Position numbers and translations under genes: made by a program | From: Macrostomum hystrix | Taxonomy: Eukaryota; Animalia; Platyhelminthes | Assembly: GCA_950097015.1 (NCBI GenBank) | Contig: CATNEN010000033.1 | Span: forward strand, 3,472,001-3,536,000 | Reading direction: 5' to 3' | Length of the DNA stretch: 64,000 bases | In this document: positions 36,855 through 50,185 of the stretch, piece after piece | Position numbering within the stretch: the stretch's first letter is position 1 | Layout of the letters: each line of letters begins with the position of its first letter | Notes under the pieces: generated by a model | Databases searched by the model: none | The model's input: only the letters and a program-made list of their open reading frames with translations | Told to the model about the DNA's origin: nothing

Positions 36855-39765
36855 CATCAGTTGGGGATAGATTAGCAATCCACTCTATTCCTTCATCAGT
36901 TGGGGATAGATTAGCAATCCATTCTATTCCTTCATCAGTTGGGGATAGATTAGCAATCCATTCTATTCCTTCATCAGTTGGGGATAGATTAGCAATCCAT
37001 TCTATTCCTTCATCAGTTGGGGATAGATTAGCAATCCATTCTATTCCTTCATCAGTTGGGGATAGATTAGCAATCCATTCTATTCCTTCATCAGTTGGGG
37101 ATAGATTAGCAATCCATTCTATTCCTTCATCAGTTGGGGATAGATTAGCAATCCATTCTATTCCTTCATCAGTTGGGGATATATTAGCAATCCATTCTAT
37201 TCCTTCATCAGTTGGGGATAGATTAGCAATCCATTCTATTCCTTCATCAGTTGGGGATAGATTAGCAATCTATTCTATTCCTTCATCAGTTGGGGATAGA
37301 TTAGCAATCCATTATATTCCTTCATCAGTTGGGGATAGATTAGCAATCCACTCTATTCCTTCATCAGTTGGGGATAGATTAGCAATCCATTCTATTCCTT
37401 CATCAGTTGGGGATAGATTAGCAATCCATTCTATTCCTTCATCAGTTGGGGATAGATTAGCAATCCATTCTATTCCTTCATCAGTTGGGGATAGATTAGC
37501 AATCCATTCTATTCCTTCATCAGTTGGGGATAGATTAGCAATCCATTCTATTCCTTCATCAGTTGGGGATAGATTAGCAATCCATTCTATTCCTTCATCA
37601 GTTGGGGATAGATTAGCAATCCATTCTATTCCTTCATCAGTTGGGGATAGATTAGCAATCCATTCTATTTCTTCATCAGTTGGGGATAGATTAGCAATCC
37701 ATTCTATTCCTTCATCAGTTGGGGATAGATTAGCAATCCATTCTATTCCTTCATCAGTTGGGGATAGATTAGCAATCCATTCTATTCCTTCATCAGTTGG
37801 GGATATATTAGCAATCCATTCTATTCCTTCATCAGTTGGGGATAGATTAGCAATCCATTCTATTCCTTCATCAGTTGGGGATAGATTAGCAATCTATTCT
37901 ATTCCTTCATCAGTTGGGGATAGATTAGCAATCCATTATATTCCTTCATCAGTTGGGGATAGATTAGCAATCCACTCTATTCCTTCATCAGTTGGGGATA
38001 GATTAGCAATCCATTCTATTCCTTCATCAGTTGGGGATAGATTAGCAATCCATTCTATTCCTTCATCAGTTGGGGATAGATTAGCAATCCATTCTATTCC
38101 TTCATCAGTTGGGGATAGATTAGCAATCCATTCTATTCCTTCATCAGTTGGGGATAGATTAGCAATCCATTCTATTCCTTCATCAGTTGGGGATAGATTA
38201 GCAATCCATTCTATTCCTTCATCAGTTGGGGATAGATTAGCAATCTATTCTATTCCTTCATCAGTTGGGGATAGATTAGCAATCCATTATATTCCTTCAT
38301 CAGTTGGGGATAGATTAGCAATCCACTCTATTCCTTCATCAGTTGGGGATAGATTAGCAATCCATTCTATTCCTTCATCAGTTGGGGATAGATTAGCAAT
38401 CCATTCTATTCCTTCATCAGTTGGGGATATATTAGCAATCCATTCTATTCCTTCATCAGTTGGGGATATATTAGCAATCCATTCTATTCCTTCATTAGTT
38501 GGGGATATATTAGCAATCCATTCTATTCCTTCATCAGTTGGGGATAGATTAGCAATCCATTCTATTCCTTCATCAGTTGGGGATAGATTAGCAATCCATT
38601 CTATTCCTTCATCAGTTGGGGATAGATTAGCAATCCATTCTATTCCTTCATCAGTTGGGGATAGATTAGCAATCCATTCTATTCCTTCATCAGTTGGGGA
38701 TATATTAGCAATCCATTCTATTCCTTCATTAGTTGGGGATATATTAGCAATCCATTCTATTCCTTCATCAGTTGGGGATAGATTAGCAATCCATTCTATT
38801 CCTTCATCAGTTGGGGATAGATTAGCAATCCATTCTATTCCTTCATCAGTTGGGGATAGATAAGCAATCCATTCTATTCCTTCATCAGTTGGGGATAGAT
38901 TAGCAATCCATTCTATTCCTTCATCAGTTGGGGATATATTAGCAATCCATTCTATTCCTTCATCAGTTGGGGATAGATTAGCAATCCATTCTATTCCTTC
39001 ATCAGTTGGGGATAGATAAGCAATCCATTCTATTCCTTCATCAGTTGGGGATAGATTAGCAATCCATTCTATTCCTTCATCAGTTGGGGATATATTAGCA
39101 ATCCATTGTATTCCTTCATCAGTTGGGGATAGATTAGCAATCCATTCTATTCCTTCATCAGTTGGGGATATATTAGCAATCCATTGTATTCCTTCATCAG
39201 TTGGGGATAGATTAGCAATCCATTCTATTCCTTCATCAGTTGGGGATAGATTAGCAATCCATTCTATTCCTTCATCAGTTGGGGATATATTAGCAATCCA
39301 TTCTATTCCTTCATCAGTTGGGGATAGATTAGCAATCCATTCTATTCCTTCATCAGTTGGGGATATATTAGCAATCCATTGTATTCCTTCATCAGTTGGG
39401 GATAGATTAGCAATCCATTCTATTCCTTCATCAGTTGGGGATAGATTAGCAATCCATTCTATTCCTTCATCAGTTGGGGATAGATTAGCAATCCATTCTA
39501 TTCCTTCATCAGTTGGGGATATATTAGCAATCCATTCTATTCCTTCATCAGTTGGGGATAGATTAGCAATCCATTCTATTCCTTCATCAGTTGGGGATAT
39601 ATTAGCAATCCATTCTATTCCTTCATCAGTTGGGGATAGATTAGCAATCCATTCTATTCCTTCATCAGTTGGGAATAGATTAGCAATCCATTGTATTCCT
39701 TCATCAGTTGGGGATAGATTAGCAATCCATTCTATTCCTTCATCAGCTGGGGATAGATTAGCAAT
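36855..39765. repeat. 39-bp minisatellite, about 74 highly homogeneous units
   Basis: Unit CCTTCATCAGTTGGGGATAGATTAGCAATCCATTCTATT. A variant block recurs at 624 bp (16 units). Confidence 0.98.
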
Positions 39766-41509
39766 GCTTTTTTTCCATAGATATGATTCTAATCTATCCC
39801 AAAAATGATTTTCGTCTGGATTAAAATTTCCGACTTTAAAGAAGAACGTGAAAAAGTTTAAATAGCTAGTAGAAATAAACGACAAAAATTGCGAGTTCTG
39901 CGAAGCTTTTGTTAAGCGGAATGAGAATTTTCTGTCTCTGTGTCCCGAAAACTGCCACAATGGACCACTTAAAAGGCTGGCCTGCACTGGAACTCAGCAA
40001 TCTTGTGCTTAGCTACTGAACAGCTGTTTCTATAACAATAAAAATATAGAAATATAGTGACAGACAAATCCGCCAAAGCAGTAATCGCTGGCGCCTCCAA
40101 AAGGATTAGACAGCAAAACTCACCTGAGGGCAACGTGGCGTTCACTGGGCAATTTCAAAACAATTTGGCCGTCAGTGGAACTCACCGATGAACTTGGCGA
40201 CACCAGAACTGCTCAATTGTGTTGCAGCAATTAACTTCTCTGCTTTAACCGTTTCCGAATCCCCGGGTAATAGCAGCCGCCTTTTCAACGCTGCCAAACC
40301 TCAGTGGGCAATGGAGCTCGCCTCCCATTCGATCCCCAGGGAGCCCGAGAGCTTGTCCAATCCCGAATTGCCACTTCCTAATCGCGCTGTGCTCACTGTT
40401 CTCATTTGCTGACCGGATTAGCTGTCAGATCCTCAGCAGGCCTCAGCGCCAGTTGCCCAGCTCGACATTAGGGAGAGATGTCGCTTATCTATTCACCGCA
40501 ATCTGCTTCACTTAATACCCAATTACAGAAGCCCAATGATAAGATACAGAAGTCAGGCCAGCTGGCACTATTAGGAAAACGCAATCAAAGACCGGTCGCT
40601 TGTTGCTGAGTGACTGGTCTAGAATTTCACATTCTGCCCTGTGGCAAGTGGTCCGGCCACTAGTCCTCCGCTCGGAGTTCTTGTGGGCAATCAGGCCGGG
40701 GCAAGTCACTCCCCACACACCCAGACGCCCGCAGCGACAAGCAATAACTCTAGGCGTAATCTTCGACGGGAAAAACTGTTTGGCCAAACACGGCGAGAAA
40801 TCGGAGCCAAGATTGCCGATAGTTTGGCTCCCATTAATTATTCATCTCGCACAGCGCCGCGTTGGCCTCCTTAGGCTCTGAACAATCAATCAATTTGATA
40901 AGGCCTGTGGTACTTGTTTTGGGGAGCGGGCGCACTGAGCAGACTCAAGTCCAGCTGGTTGCCTGTTAATTGTTGCTACGACGACTTAGAGAACTCAGTG
41001 ACGCTTCTTCTTATGGAGCACAGCTTAATGATTTGACAGAAGAGGAAGCAACAGCAGCAGGTTCATTTTTCAGCGCTGAATTTGATAAAGAATCAGGAGC
41101 CAAATCGTTCTCAGGAACCATGGCTGGGTGTGGCGCCTTCTGTTGTCTTCGTCTTGTCGTACGAAGGATCAACAGGGGCCCGAAGTAGCCTAGCCGGTCT
41201 CTGTCAAAGTGACAGGCAAAGTGCTCAGCATCATAGTAGTCATACTCGTGAAAGGGGAAAAGTTCACTCTCAAGGTCGCCCCGGAGGAAGCAGTGCCTGG
41301 CGAGGTGGCCGTGAGGGTCAGACGAGACTGGCGAGAGAGCGGCTGTTGTTCGGATTCGGACGTGTATCGTAGGGCTTTCTAGGAGTCGCAACAAGAACAG
41401 TAAATCGTACTGAAAGGCTTTGGCCATAGATAAGTCGCTTTAACACTTTAGCCATAAAATTTGACTTGCCAGTGAGGAATCGGCCTGAAGACCGACAAGA
41501 CAGCAGCCT

Positions 41510-42185
41510 CCATTTCTCCCCTCTGACTCCCTTTCTCCCCTCTGCCTCCGTTTCTCCCCTCTGACTCCGTCTCCCCTCTGCCTCCGTTTCTCCCCTCTGC
41601 TTCCCTGTCTCCCCTCTGACTCCCTGTCTCCCCTCTGACTCCCTTTCTCCCCTCTGACTCCCTGTCTCCCCTCTGCCTCCCTTTCTCCACTATGCCTCCG
41701 TTTCTCCCCTCTGACTCCGTTTCTCCCCTCTGCCTCCGTTTCTCCCCTCTGCCTCCGTTTCTCCCCTCTGCCTCCCTGTCTCCCCTCTGACTCCCTGTCT
41801 CCCATCTGACTCCCTTTCTCCCCTCTGACTCCCTGTCTCCCCTCTGCCTCCCTTTCTCCCCTCTGCCTCCCTGTCTCCCCTCTGCCTCCCTTTCTCCCCT
41901 CTGCCTCCCTGTCTCCCCTCTGCCTCCCTTTCTCCCCTCTGCCTCCCTTTCTCCACTCTGCCTCCCTGTCTCGCCTCTGCCTCCCTTTCTCCACTCTGCC
42001 TCCCTGTCTCCCCTCTGACTCCCTGTCTCCCCTCTGCCTCCCTTTCTCCCCTCTGCCTCCCTTTCTCCACTCTGCCTCCGTTTCTCCACTCTGACTCCCT
42101 TTCTCCCCTCTGCCTCCCTGTCTCCCCTCTGACTCCCTGTCTGCCCTCTGACTCCCTGTCTCCCCTCTGCCTCCCTTTCTCCAGA
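41510..42185. repeat. Pyrimidine-rich ~20-bp minisatellite
   Basis: Unit approximately TTTCTCCCCTCTGCCTCCC. Confidence 0.93.
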
Positions 42186-42819
42186 AAGATTTCTCGGATT
42201 CTCTCAGAGAAGATTTGTTACAGTGCAATTAAGCACTAGCGCAAAATAATGAACTTTCAACACGAGGCTATCTGGAATCAAAGTCAAAGCCATTCAGGTC
42301 TAGGATACAAGCGCTAGACTCTAGAGTAATTAGATAAGAAAGCAATGCAGAGATTAGATGGGTCGAGTCAGGCCTTTACTCTGCAATCTGCCTGCTACCA
42401 GCGTACCTGTTGCCTGGCTTAACTATAAAGATGAAATAGAAAAAGCAATTAGCATTGGCTTGGGACTGGATGAAACGGCAGCTCAAATAAGCAGAGATTA
42501 ATAATGTCGAGCTGCAGGCACACCTGATCAGAGAATCACGATTTCCCTGCCAGTGTCAGCGACTCCGAGTTCTCCCTCGGGGAAGTTATTCCCCGTCTTG
42601 GGATTATTAATCTGGGTAGCGCTGCACCGCTCCAAGAAAATCCAATGCATCGCTAATGACTTTTCCGTGAGCCAGAAAGGAATCTGCGAAACTGCGATTT
42701 TTCACCGAGAGCCCCGAGAATGAGTGCGCTGAACACAATGGATCTAAGCTTTATTCAGTTCTCTTAGCTGCCTCCAGCGGCGATTCCTGCTAGAGTCCTA
42801 GCTGCGATCCTACATGCGG

Positions 42820-43700
42820 CTACTGTCTGTTAGTTCTAGCTGCGATTCTATCTGTTAGTTCTAGCTGCGATTCTATCTGTTAGTTCTAGCCGCGATTCTA
42901 TCTGTTAGTTCTAGCTGCGATTCTATCTGTAAGTTTTAGCTGCGATTCTGTCTGTTAGTTCTAGCTGCGATTCTGTCTGTTAGTTCTAGCTGCGATCCTA
43001 CATGCGGCTACTGTCTGTTAGTTCTAGCTGCGATTCTATCCGTTAGTTCTAGCTGCGATTCTGTCTGTTAGTTCTAGCTGCGATTCTATCCGTTAGTTCT
43101 AGCTGCGATTCTACATGTACATGCGGCTACAACTGCGATTCTGTCCGTTAGTTCTAGCTGCGATTCTACATGTACATGCGGCTACAACTGCGATTCTGTC
43201 TGTTAGTTCTAGCTGCGATTCTATCTGTTAGTTCTAGCTGCGATTCTATCTGTTAGTTTTAGCTGCGATTCTGTCTGTTAGTTCTAGCTGCGATTCTGTC
43301 TGTTAGTTCTAGCTGCGATTCTATCGGTTAGTTCTAGCTGCGATTCTGTCTGTTAGTTCTAGCTGCGATTCTATCGGTTAGTTCTAGCTGCGATTCTGTC
43401 TGTTAGTTCTAGCTGCGATTCTATCGGTTAGTTCTAGCTGCGATTCTATCTGTTAGTTCTAGCTGCGATTGTCTGTTAGTTTTAGCTGCGATTCTATCTG
43501 TTAGTTCTAGCTGCGATTCTGTCTGTTAGTTCTAGCTGCGATTCTGTCTGTTAGTTCTAGCTGCGATTCTATCTGTTAGTTCTAGCTGCGATTCTGTCTG
43601 TTAGTTCTAGCTGCGATTCTATCTGTTAGTTCTAGCTGCGATTCTGTCTGTTAGTTCTAGCTGCGATTCTATCTGTTAGTTCTAGCTGCGATCGTCTGTT
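42820..43700. repeat. 25-bp minisatellite
   Basis: Unit TCTGTTAGTTCTAGCTGCGATTCTA. Confidence 0.96.
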
Positions 43701-43985
43701 AGTGACTCAACCTGAGGATCTGGGAGATTAGTGACTCAACCTGAGGATCTGGGAGATTAGTGACTCAATCTGGGGATCTGGGAGATTAGTGACTCAACCT
43801 GAGGATCTGGGAGATTAGTGACTCAACCTGAGGATCTGGGAGATTACTGACTCAACCTGAGGATCTGGGAGATTACTGACTCAACCTGAGGATCTGGGAG
43901 ATTGGTGACTCAACCTGGGGATCTGGGAGATTACTGACTCAACCTGAGGATCTGGGAGATTACTGACTCAACCTGGGGATCTAGT
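43701..43985. repeat. 29-bp tandem repeat x10, each with TGACTCA
   Basis: Unit AGTGACTCAACCTGAGGATCTGGGAGATT, directly abutting the 25-bp array. Confidence 0.96.
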
Positions 43986-45184
43986 AGGTTCATTAATTCA
44001 TGGATCATGACTTCTGAAGTACATGCTGCGGCAATACAATGAATGGGTGGGTAAAACCAGGTATGTCATTCTCACACTATCGTCTGTTTTACATTGTCTC
44101 TCTCCTGTCAGTAAAGTCTTAGTCGGAGCTGAGCTCGTAAGAACGTTAGTTACTGCAGAACGAGTGAAAAATAGCTAGATTGACATCAGCGTGTGAGAGC
44201 TGGAGTCATGTCTACAAACATTGCATTGCAGATAATAACTGCGTTGGTATCGACCGGTCTTGACGATGGCGGAGCGAAAGCCAGGCTAGGGAAGAGCACG
44301 GACTAGGGATAAATGACATAGCTGGCGACGGAAGTAGGCAGTTATCGCCCCAGAATGCATGCAGCTGGGCGGGCTCTGCTCACAGGAGGGAAATTAGGGG
44401 ATATTGCTGCAACTGAAGACAGCCCAGCTCCTACACCAAGAGAGAAAGGCAGTTAAGCGAAGTGAGACGGCTGGCCCCAGCTCATCTGTGCCTACTCAGC
44501 GCAGCAGAACTTTCTATTCCGGCCGCTGCCAGGCCTCGTTAAGCCAGCGCGGCCTTCACTATCTTATATTTCAGTTTCTATTCAGAATGCAAAGCAAACA
44601 AACGCCAGTTGCGGCCTGTACTGCTCCGCTGCACTGCCTGCTGCGCTGAGAAGCAAGAATCGGCCTGGACAGACTCGGAGACCTGGGCTGTCATGATCAA
44701 CAGGCGCGGCAGAGTACAGTATCGCGGCTGCGGCTAACTCAATAGTTCGCAGCAGAGGTCCCATTGAAGCAATGGCAATCTTTTTAAAAGCAGGGCAAAT
44801 TCTAGCTCGCATGACACAAGAAATAGTCAAGTTTATACCATTGCACTAGAACATTCTCTACGAACAGAATGGTTTTTACTCATTAATTAGCCTTCTGCTC
44901 CTCTTGCTACTCATAGTACAAGCCACAGCTATTGTTAAGACATTTAATGAGTCAAGTGAGTCAAAGAATCTGGGCGATATGGGTAATTCTATTTCACATC
45001 ACCGAAAACAAAGTCAGATGGCCATAAACTATCATTGGCTAATAACAAAGGTCTGTCAAATTTACTTTGAAGTTCATAATGGATAGCCAAAGCAAACACA
45101 AAAATGCCAATATAAATCTAGATTGAAAACTGAACAGTGAAGTCGGGTTCACAGTAGCAATTGAAGCTAACAAATGCCTTGGTC

Positions 45185-46108
45185 AGTGCCCAGCTGACAG
45201 ACTCAATCCCAGTCAGTCAGTGCCCAGCTGACAGACTCAATCCCAGTCAGTCAGTGCTCAGCTGACAGACTCAATCCCAGTCAGTCAGTGCCCAGCTGAC
45301 AGACTCAATCCCAGTCAGTCAGTTCTCAGCTGACAGACTCAATCCCAGTCAGTTCTCAGCTGACAGACTCAATCCCAGTCAGTTCTCAGCTGACAGACTC
45401 AATCCCAGTCAGTTCTCAGCTGACAGACTCAATCCCAGTCAGTTCTCAGCTGACAGACTCAATCCCAGTCAGTTAGTGCTCAGCTGACAGACTCAATCCC
45501 AGTCAGTTCTCAGCTGACAGACTCAATCCCAGTCAGTTCTCAGCTGACAGACTCAATCCCAGTCAGTTCTCAGCTGACAGACTCAATCCCAGTCAGTAAG
45601 TTCTCAGCTGCCAGACTCAATCCCAGTCAGTCAGTGCTCTGCTGACAGACTCAATCCCAGTCAGTCAGTGCTCAGCTGCCAGACTCAATCCCAGTCAGTA
45701 AGTTCTCAGCTGCCAGACTCAATCCCAGTCAGTCAGTGCTCTGCTGACAGACTCAATCCCAGTCAGTCAGTGCTCAGCTGCCAGACTCAATCCCAGTCAG
45801 TCAGTGCTCAGCTGACAGACTCAATCCCAGTCAGTTCTCAGCTGACAGACTCAATCCCAGTCAGTAAGTTCTCAGCTGCCAGACTCAATCCCAGTCAGTC
45901 AGTGCTCTGCTGACAGACTCAATCCCAGTCAGTCAGTGCTCAGCTGCCAGACTCAATCCCAGTCAGTAAGTTCTCAGCTGCCAGACTCAATCCCAGTCAG
46001 TCAGTGCTCTGCTGACAGACTCAATCCCAGTCAGTCAGTGCTCAGCTGACAGACTCAATCCCAGTCAGTCAGTGCTCAGCTGACAGACTCAATCCCAGTC
46101 AGTGCTCA
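45185..46108. repeat. 26-34-bp minisatellite running into the DPH5 stop codon
   Basis: Core CAGTGCTCAGCTGACAGACTCAATCCCAGT. Confidence 0.95.
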
Positions 46109-47394
46109 GTCGCAGCCGCTTCAACAAGAGCAGCGTCAGCTTCGGTGTCGGCGAACTGGCGCAGAAATTCGGCCTCCACCGGGTGCAGGCGGGCGGCCGG
46201 CACCACCAGGGAGTGCAGCGGCTTGCCGAGGTCGCGGCCGGACATGTCAGCCAGGCTGCAGGCAGTGATGCGCTCAGTGGGGCTACCCAGGCGGGCCATG
46301 CCGATTGTCAGGAGGCGCTCCGGCGGAGGCAGCTGACGCCGACGCTTCAGGCGGCGACGCCGCTCCAAAGTCGCCTCGTCATCGTCGGCCTCGTCGGCTT
46401 TATCGCCGGCATCGTCGGCGGCTTCGGCCAGCAGAGCCAAAAGCTGCTCGGCTGCCACGGAGCAGCTCATGAACCTGGAGTAGGTGGAATGAGGCGTCAG
46501 GTGAGTGCACAGAAGGTTTAGGTGAGTGCACAGAGGGGTCAGGTGAGTGCACAGAGGGGTCATTCCTCACCGGGGCGGCTCAAACTCGGGTTTTCCCCGC
46601 AGAAGGCTCTGCACCGTGGGCTCGCGCACCCGGATGTCCAGCAGGCACAGAGTGTGCAGGCCGCGTTCCCAGTTTCCCAGAAGTTTGTCAAGGAAACTGC
46701 TGGGCCGGCTGAGTGCGTCCCAGAATGGCACGGAGACGGTCTCACCGAAGGTGTACAACTGCAGGCCGCAGGAGGCCACGGCTGTGAGCACAGAGGCGTT
46801 GTGTACTACCCGGTAGGCGATGCCCCGCTGCCTGGCCCGCATGGCCAGGTCCGAGTGCGTGGTGGCGCCGAGCGGGTCGCCGACAACCAGGAAGGCGACG
46901 TTGGCGCCCTCGGCAGCAGCCAGGATGCGATCGCCCTGCTCCACTAGGTCACGGTCGGCCAGCTCGACAGACCGGCCGTAGAATGCCTCCAGGCGCTCCT
47001 TGCCTGCGGGCGCGTTAATCAAAGATTAAGTTTGAACATATGCTTAACAGTGGAAAATGGCCGCATTTCTCTTTACTCTTTTTCTCATTCATTCATTCGG
47101 CTTGGGAGCTACTTGAAGTAGGCAGTGGGTATCTGATATACCCTGTGGTCTTTCCCCTGGGGTAAAAATAGCGTATCTTTCTACTGTTAAATGGCTTTTG
47201 TGGCAACGATATGCCATGGGTTAAATTAAAGCAGAACTTATGCAGCCGGGCCGCCACTTGTCACGAATCTCACCGACGCTCAGAATGGAGGTGTAGGCAT
47301 CCAGGAAGACCTTCGCCGAGGAGCGAATCAGCTCCAAGCCGCGGACGGTGACATCCTCCGGATCGGAGAGACCAATGCCAATCAGGTAGAGCAT
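46099..47394 (-). CDS. DPH5: Diphthine methyl ester synthase; exons 47274-47394, 46571-47003, 46099-46474
   Basis: [21 protein letters not shown]...[109 protein letters not shown]. Both introns are GT-AG and in phase. Confidence 0.96.
47090..47190 (-). mobile_element. Short copy of the dispersed LINE-3'-end-like repeat inside DPH5 intron 1
   Basis: Reverse complement TTAACAGTAGAAAGA...GGGGAAAGACCAC...TACCCACTGCCTACTTCA..TAGCTCCCAAGCCGAATG matches 15501 and 54163. Confidence 0.6.
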
Positions 47395-47873
47395 TCGCAC
47401 TTTTCCCTAGGCCTACAGCGGCTGCTGAAATTGAGATTCAAAGAAGGAGATATTTCAAGAAATGCAGGAGATATTTTAGCAAATGGGGCATTTTTCCAAG
47501 AAATGCTGAGAGATATTTAAAAAAGTGCGGGAGACATTTAAAGAAATCCTTTCACGTTGATAATAACATGATTTGACATGATCAAAGTCAAGGCTCAGTT
47601 CAATCAGCCAGCATCTATTCGATAGATTAATTCAGACAAGAGATTGTGGTCATACTACTGTCAGTAAAGAATGCACCAGAATAGCTGCAAAATACATAGC
47701 ATCGGACCAAAAAGTCTTTAATTTATTGGAATTGAATTCGGTAGAAAGCTAGGGATGAAGGTCGCTCAAAATAGACGTTTCTGCAGTCAATCAAACGAAA
47801 TATACTGTTTATGAACTCGGAATTTAGGAAGCATGTGCTTTAGGAAGCACACAACTATGTGTTCATGTGTTAA

Positions 47874-48175
47874 GAGGTTGTAGCCTAGTGGTTAGAGCGC
47901 CAGATTCATGACTTAAAGGTCGGGGGTTCGTTTCCCGAGTACACTGGATCAATTTGTGTCCTTTAGCAAGACTCTTAACTCTGCATTGCTTCAGTTCACC
48001 CAGCTGTTAAATGGGTACCAGCATCAGCTGGGGCAATTGAGGGTGGGTGTGGCATCCCCCAGTCCATAGACTGAACAGCCGTACGCAGTCTTCAGATGCG
48101 CCGCGCAATAGCTGCGGCTGTGCTGTCGGCTGCAAATCTGGCCCAATTGGGGCAGGTGTAATCAATTTTTTTTTC
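47874..48175 (+). mobile_element. tRNA-derived CORE-like SINE, near full length
   Basis: A and B boxes, the same core and the same 3' part as 7804-8080, with a T-rich tail. Confidence 0.85.
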
Positions 48176-50185
48176 AAAAATTAATAGGAAACACAGAATA
48201 GTTCAAGCAGCTTCTTGTGTGAGTAATCCAGTCAGTTAACCATCACAGTGCCCCCGCACTTAGCTGGGGCTCTACGCAGACTTGTCGACGCAGTACAAGC
48301 AGTTTCTTGTTCTAGTAGTCTACGCAGAATAGTGGAATCGCCAGCGCAGACGCAAGTTTCCAGTGGAAAGTCTATCGGTAGAAAAAAATAATGGCGCACG
48401 GCTTAGCAAGATCAGAGGACCGGGTGGAGTTTCGTCAGATCTCTCGCCCACCCCCCTCCGCCGCCTCCACTCAGACCAAACAATGCAGGCTGGGTGCGTC
48501 AGCACTCGTCAGTCAGGCAACGCTGACTGTTCAAGACACTTCTGGCCAGCTCAGACAGGCGAGAGGGGTGACAGACAATGAGACAACAGTGAAGCGAATG
48601 CGCACGACACAGATGCGTGGGAGGCCGGCCTGACCGATGCTGTCTCACGTGATCGCCGGTGAGCAGTCTATTTCTGTCTGCACCAACGCCCCGACTCTGG
48701 TCACATGACTATTAATGAGGGGCCGCGCCCACCAAGCCAAGAACTTTCTAAACTAAGCACAGGTGAGGTAAAACTGGGCACTGAACATCTGCGTATTGAT
48801 TGACCTTTAGTTGTGCTCAGCGTGGAACCAGATCAGTCGGGTTTCGGATTCGCCAACTGAAGCCAAAGAGGCATTCGGGCATTCGGCGCTGAATGGATCG
48901 CCGCCAACAGAAAAAGAGCAGGCCAGGGAGGCAAGAGAACGGGCCAAAACCATGAGGTCAACGCGTGACTCAAGAATGCGCGTACGCCTCAGCCGCCGGA
49001 CTTGCGTGCCAATTTATCAGAGCAGTGCCTCGCGTTTCCATTCATTAAGATAAGAGCTAGCTAGGAATTCTTTGTCAACCAGTGCGACCCTAACATTGTT
49101 TGTTGTGCGTAGTGCTGGAAAAAATAGGACTAAAAATAAATCGTAAAAGACAGCTAACAACGTGATCGCCACAAACGTTGACGCTACTCGGCGTGACACA
49201 GAAACTAAAATTAGCATTGACAATAAGAAATTATTTCTGTCTGTCAGACAGGTGACATGAGAAGGTAGAAAATGGAAAACAACAAAGCAAATCCATTAAA
49301 ATAATAACACAAAAGCCCAGCCGCTGATCAAGTTGAGTATCTTTTCCTAAAATATTGGCCGAATGAAAATGGAAAAAGCGAAATTAGAAAATCCAATTTA
49401 AATTGTAATTAAAATCTATTTTCACGTTTTTTAAATCGCGTCTAGGGCTTGGATTTACTTGTAATTAAATGAGTTTCCATGCCCAGCTGCAGACAAAAAC
49501 TCATTACGGAATTATCTCTGTGGAAAATTACCAGCGATGTGAGCCTGCACATGCCGCATGACTCATGGCAACTAAGGGGTGGGGTGAGTAGTTTAGTTCA
49601 TTAAAAGACTGATCCCATCGATCCCATCCCACCGGTCCGCCCACGCACTGTCGAGGTCGCCCCTACAAACGACCAGCCAGTTGAGAAATTGCTAAACTGC
49701 AATCGGTCAGAGGCCTTCCCCACGGGAAGCGAATTAGAAGACAAAGGAGGCACAGCGCGGAGTTGCCATGCCGCTAATAGGCGGCGCCGGGCGCAAATTT
49801 TAGCGACTCTCAGACAAGCCTTTGAGCCGTGGGAGACATAAAGGGGCTGGCTACTCCACATTTTGCTGGACAAGTGACGAAACCTCTTCAACCCCTCCGT
49901 TCGTGGGCTCAGGGGCTCAGGCGAATTGTGGGCTCAGGCCACCCCCATTCAGACAGTTAGGGCGGGCGCGGCCTTGGGTTTGGGTCACATGGCCTGGCAA
50001 CCTACCCCGCCTTCCATACCCCTCACCCGCCCACGCCTATATTAGAGGCAGGGAGCAGCCGGTGTTGGGCCATGCTGCTGGCAACATAAGACAGACCGCA
50101 GAGCACTGACTCCGACTTTGCGCAAGCAAGCACCGAACGATTTTCGATTGAATTTGCAGCTTATTGACAGAGGTGCTCAGGAATC

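Noticed and set aside
36855-39765. Tandem hammerhead ribozymes (CTGATGA in each unit on minus)
   Set aside because: No GAAA core or stem II/III arrangement in the 39-bp unit.
17585-39765. CRISPR arrays (28-39-bp periodic repeats)
   Set aside because: The units are head-to-tail with no unique spacers, the context is eukaryotic, and there are no cas genes.
47090-47190. Twister ribozyme (CACTGCC...TCCCAAGCC resembles twister conserved words)
   Set aside because: The UAA cleavage loop, P4 stem and GAGGG partner are missing, and the other two copies do not keep the words. An Infernal search would settle it.
48300-50110. Short ORFs as retroelement or gene remnants
   Set aside because: No recognisable motif or consistent splice structure. 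The region has promoter-like words (CACGTG, GTCACATGAC) but I cannot assign them.
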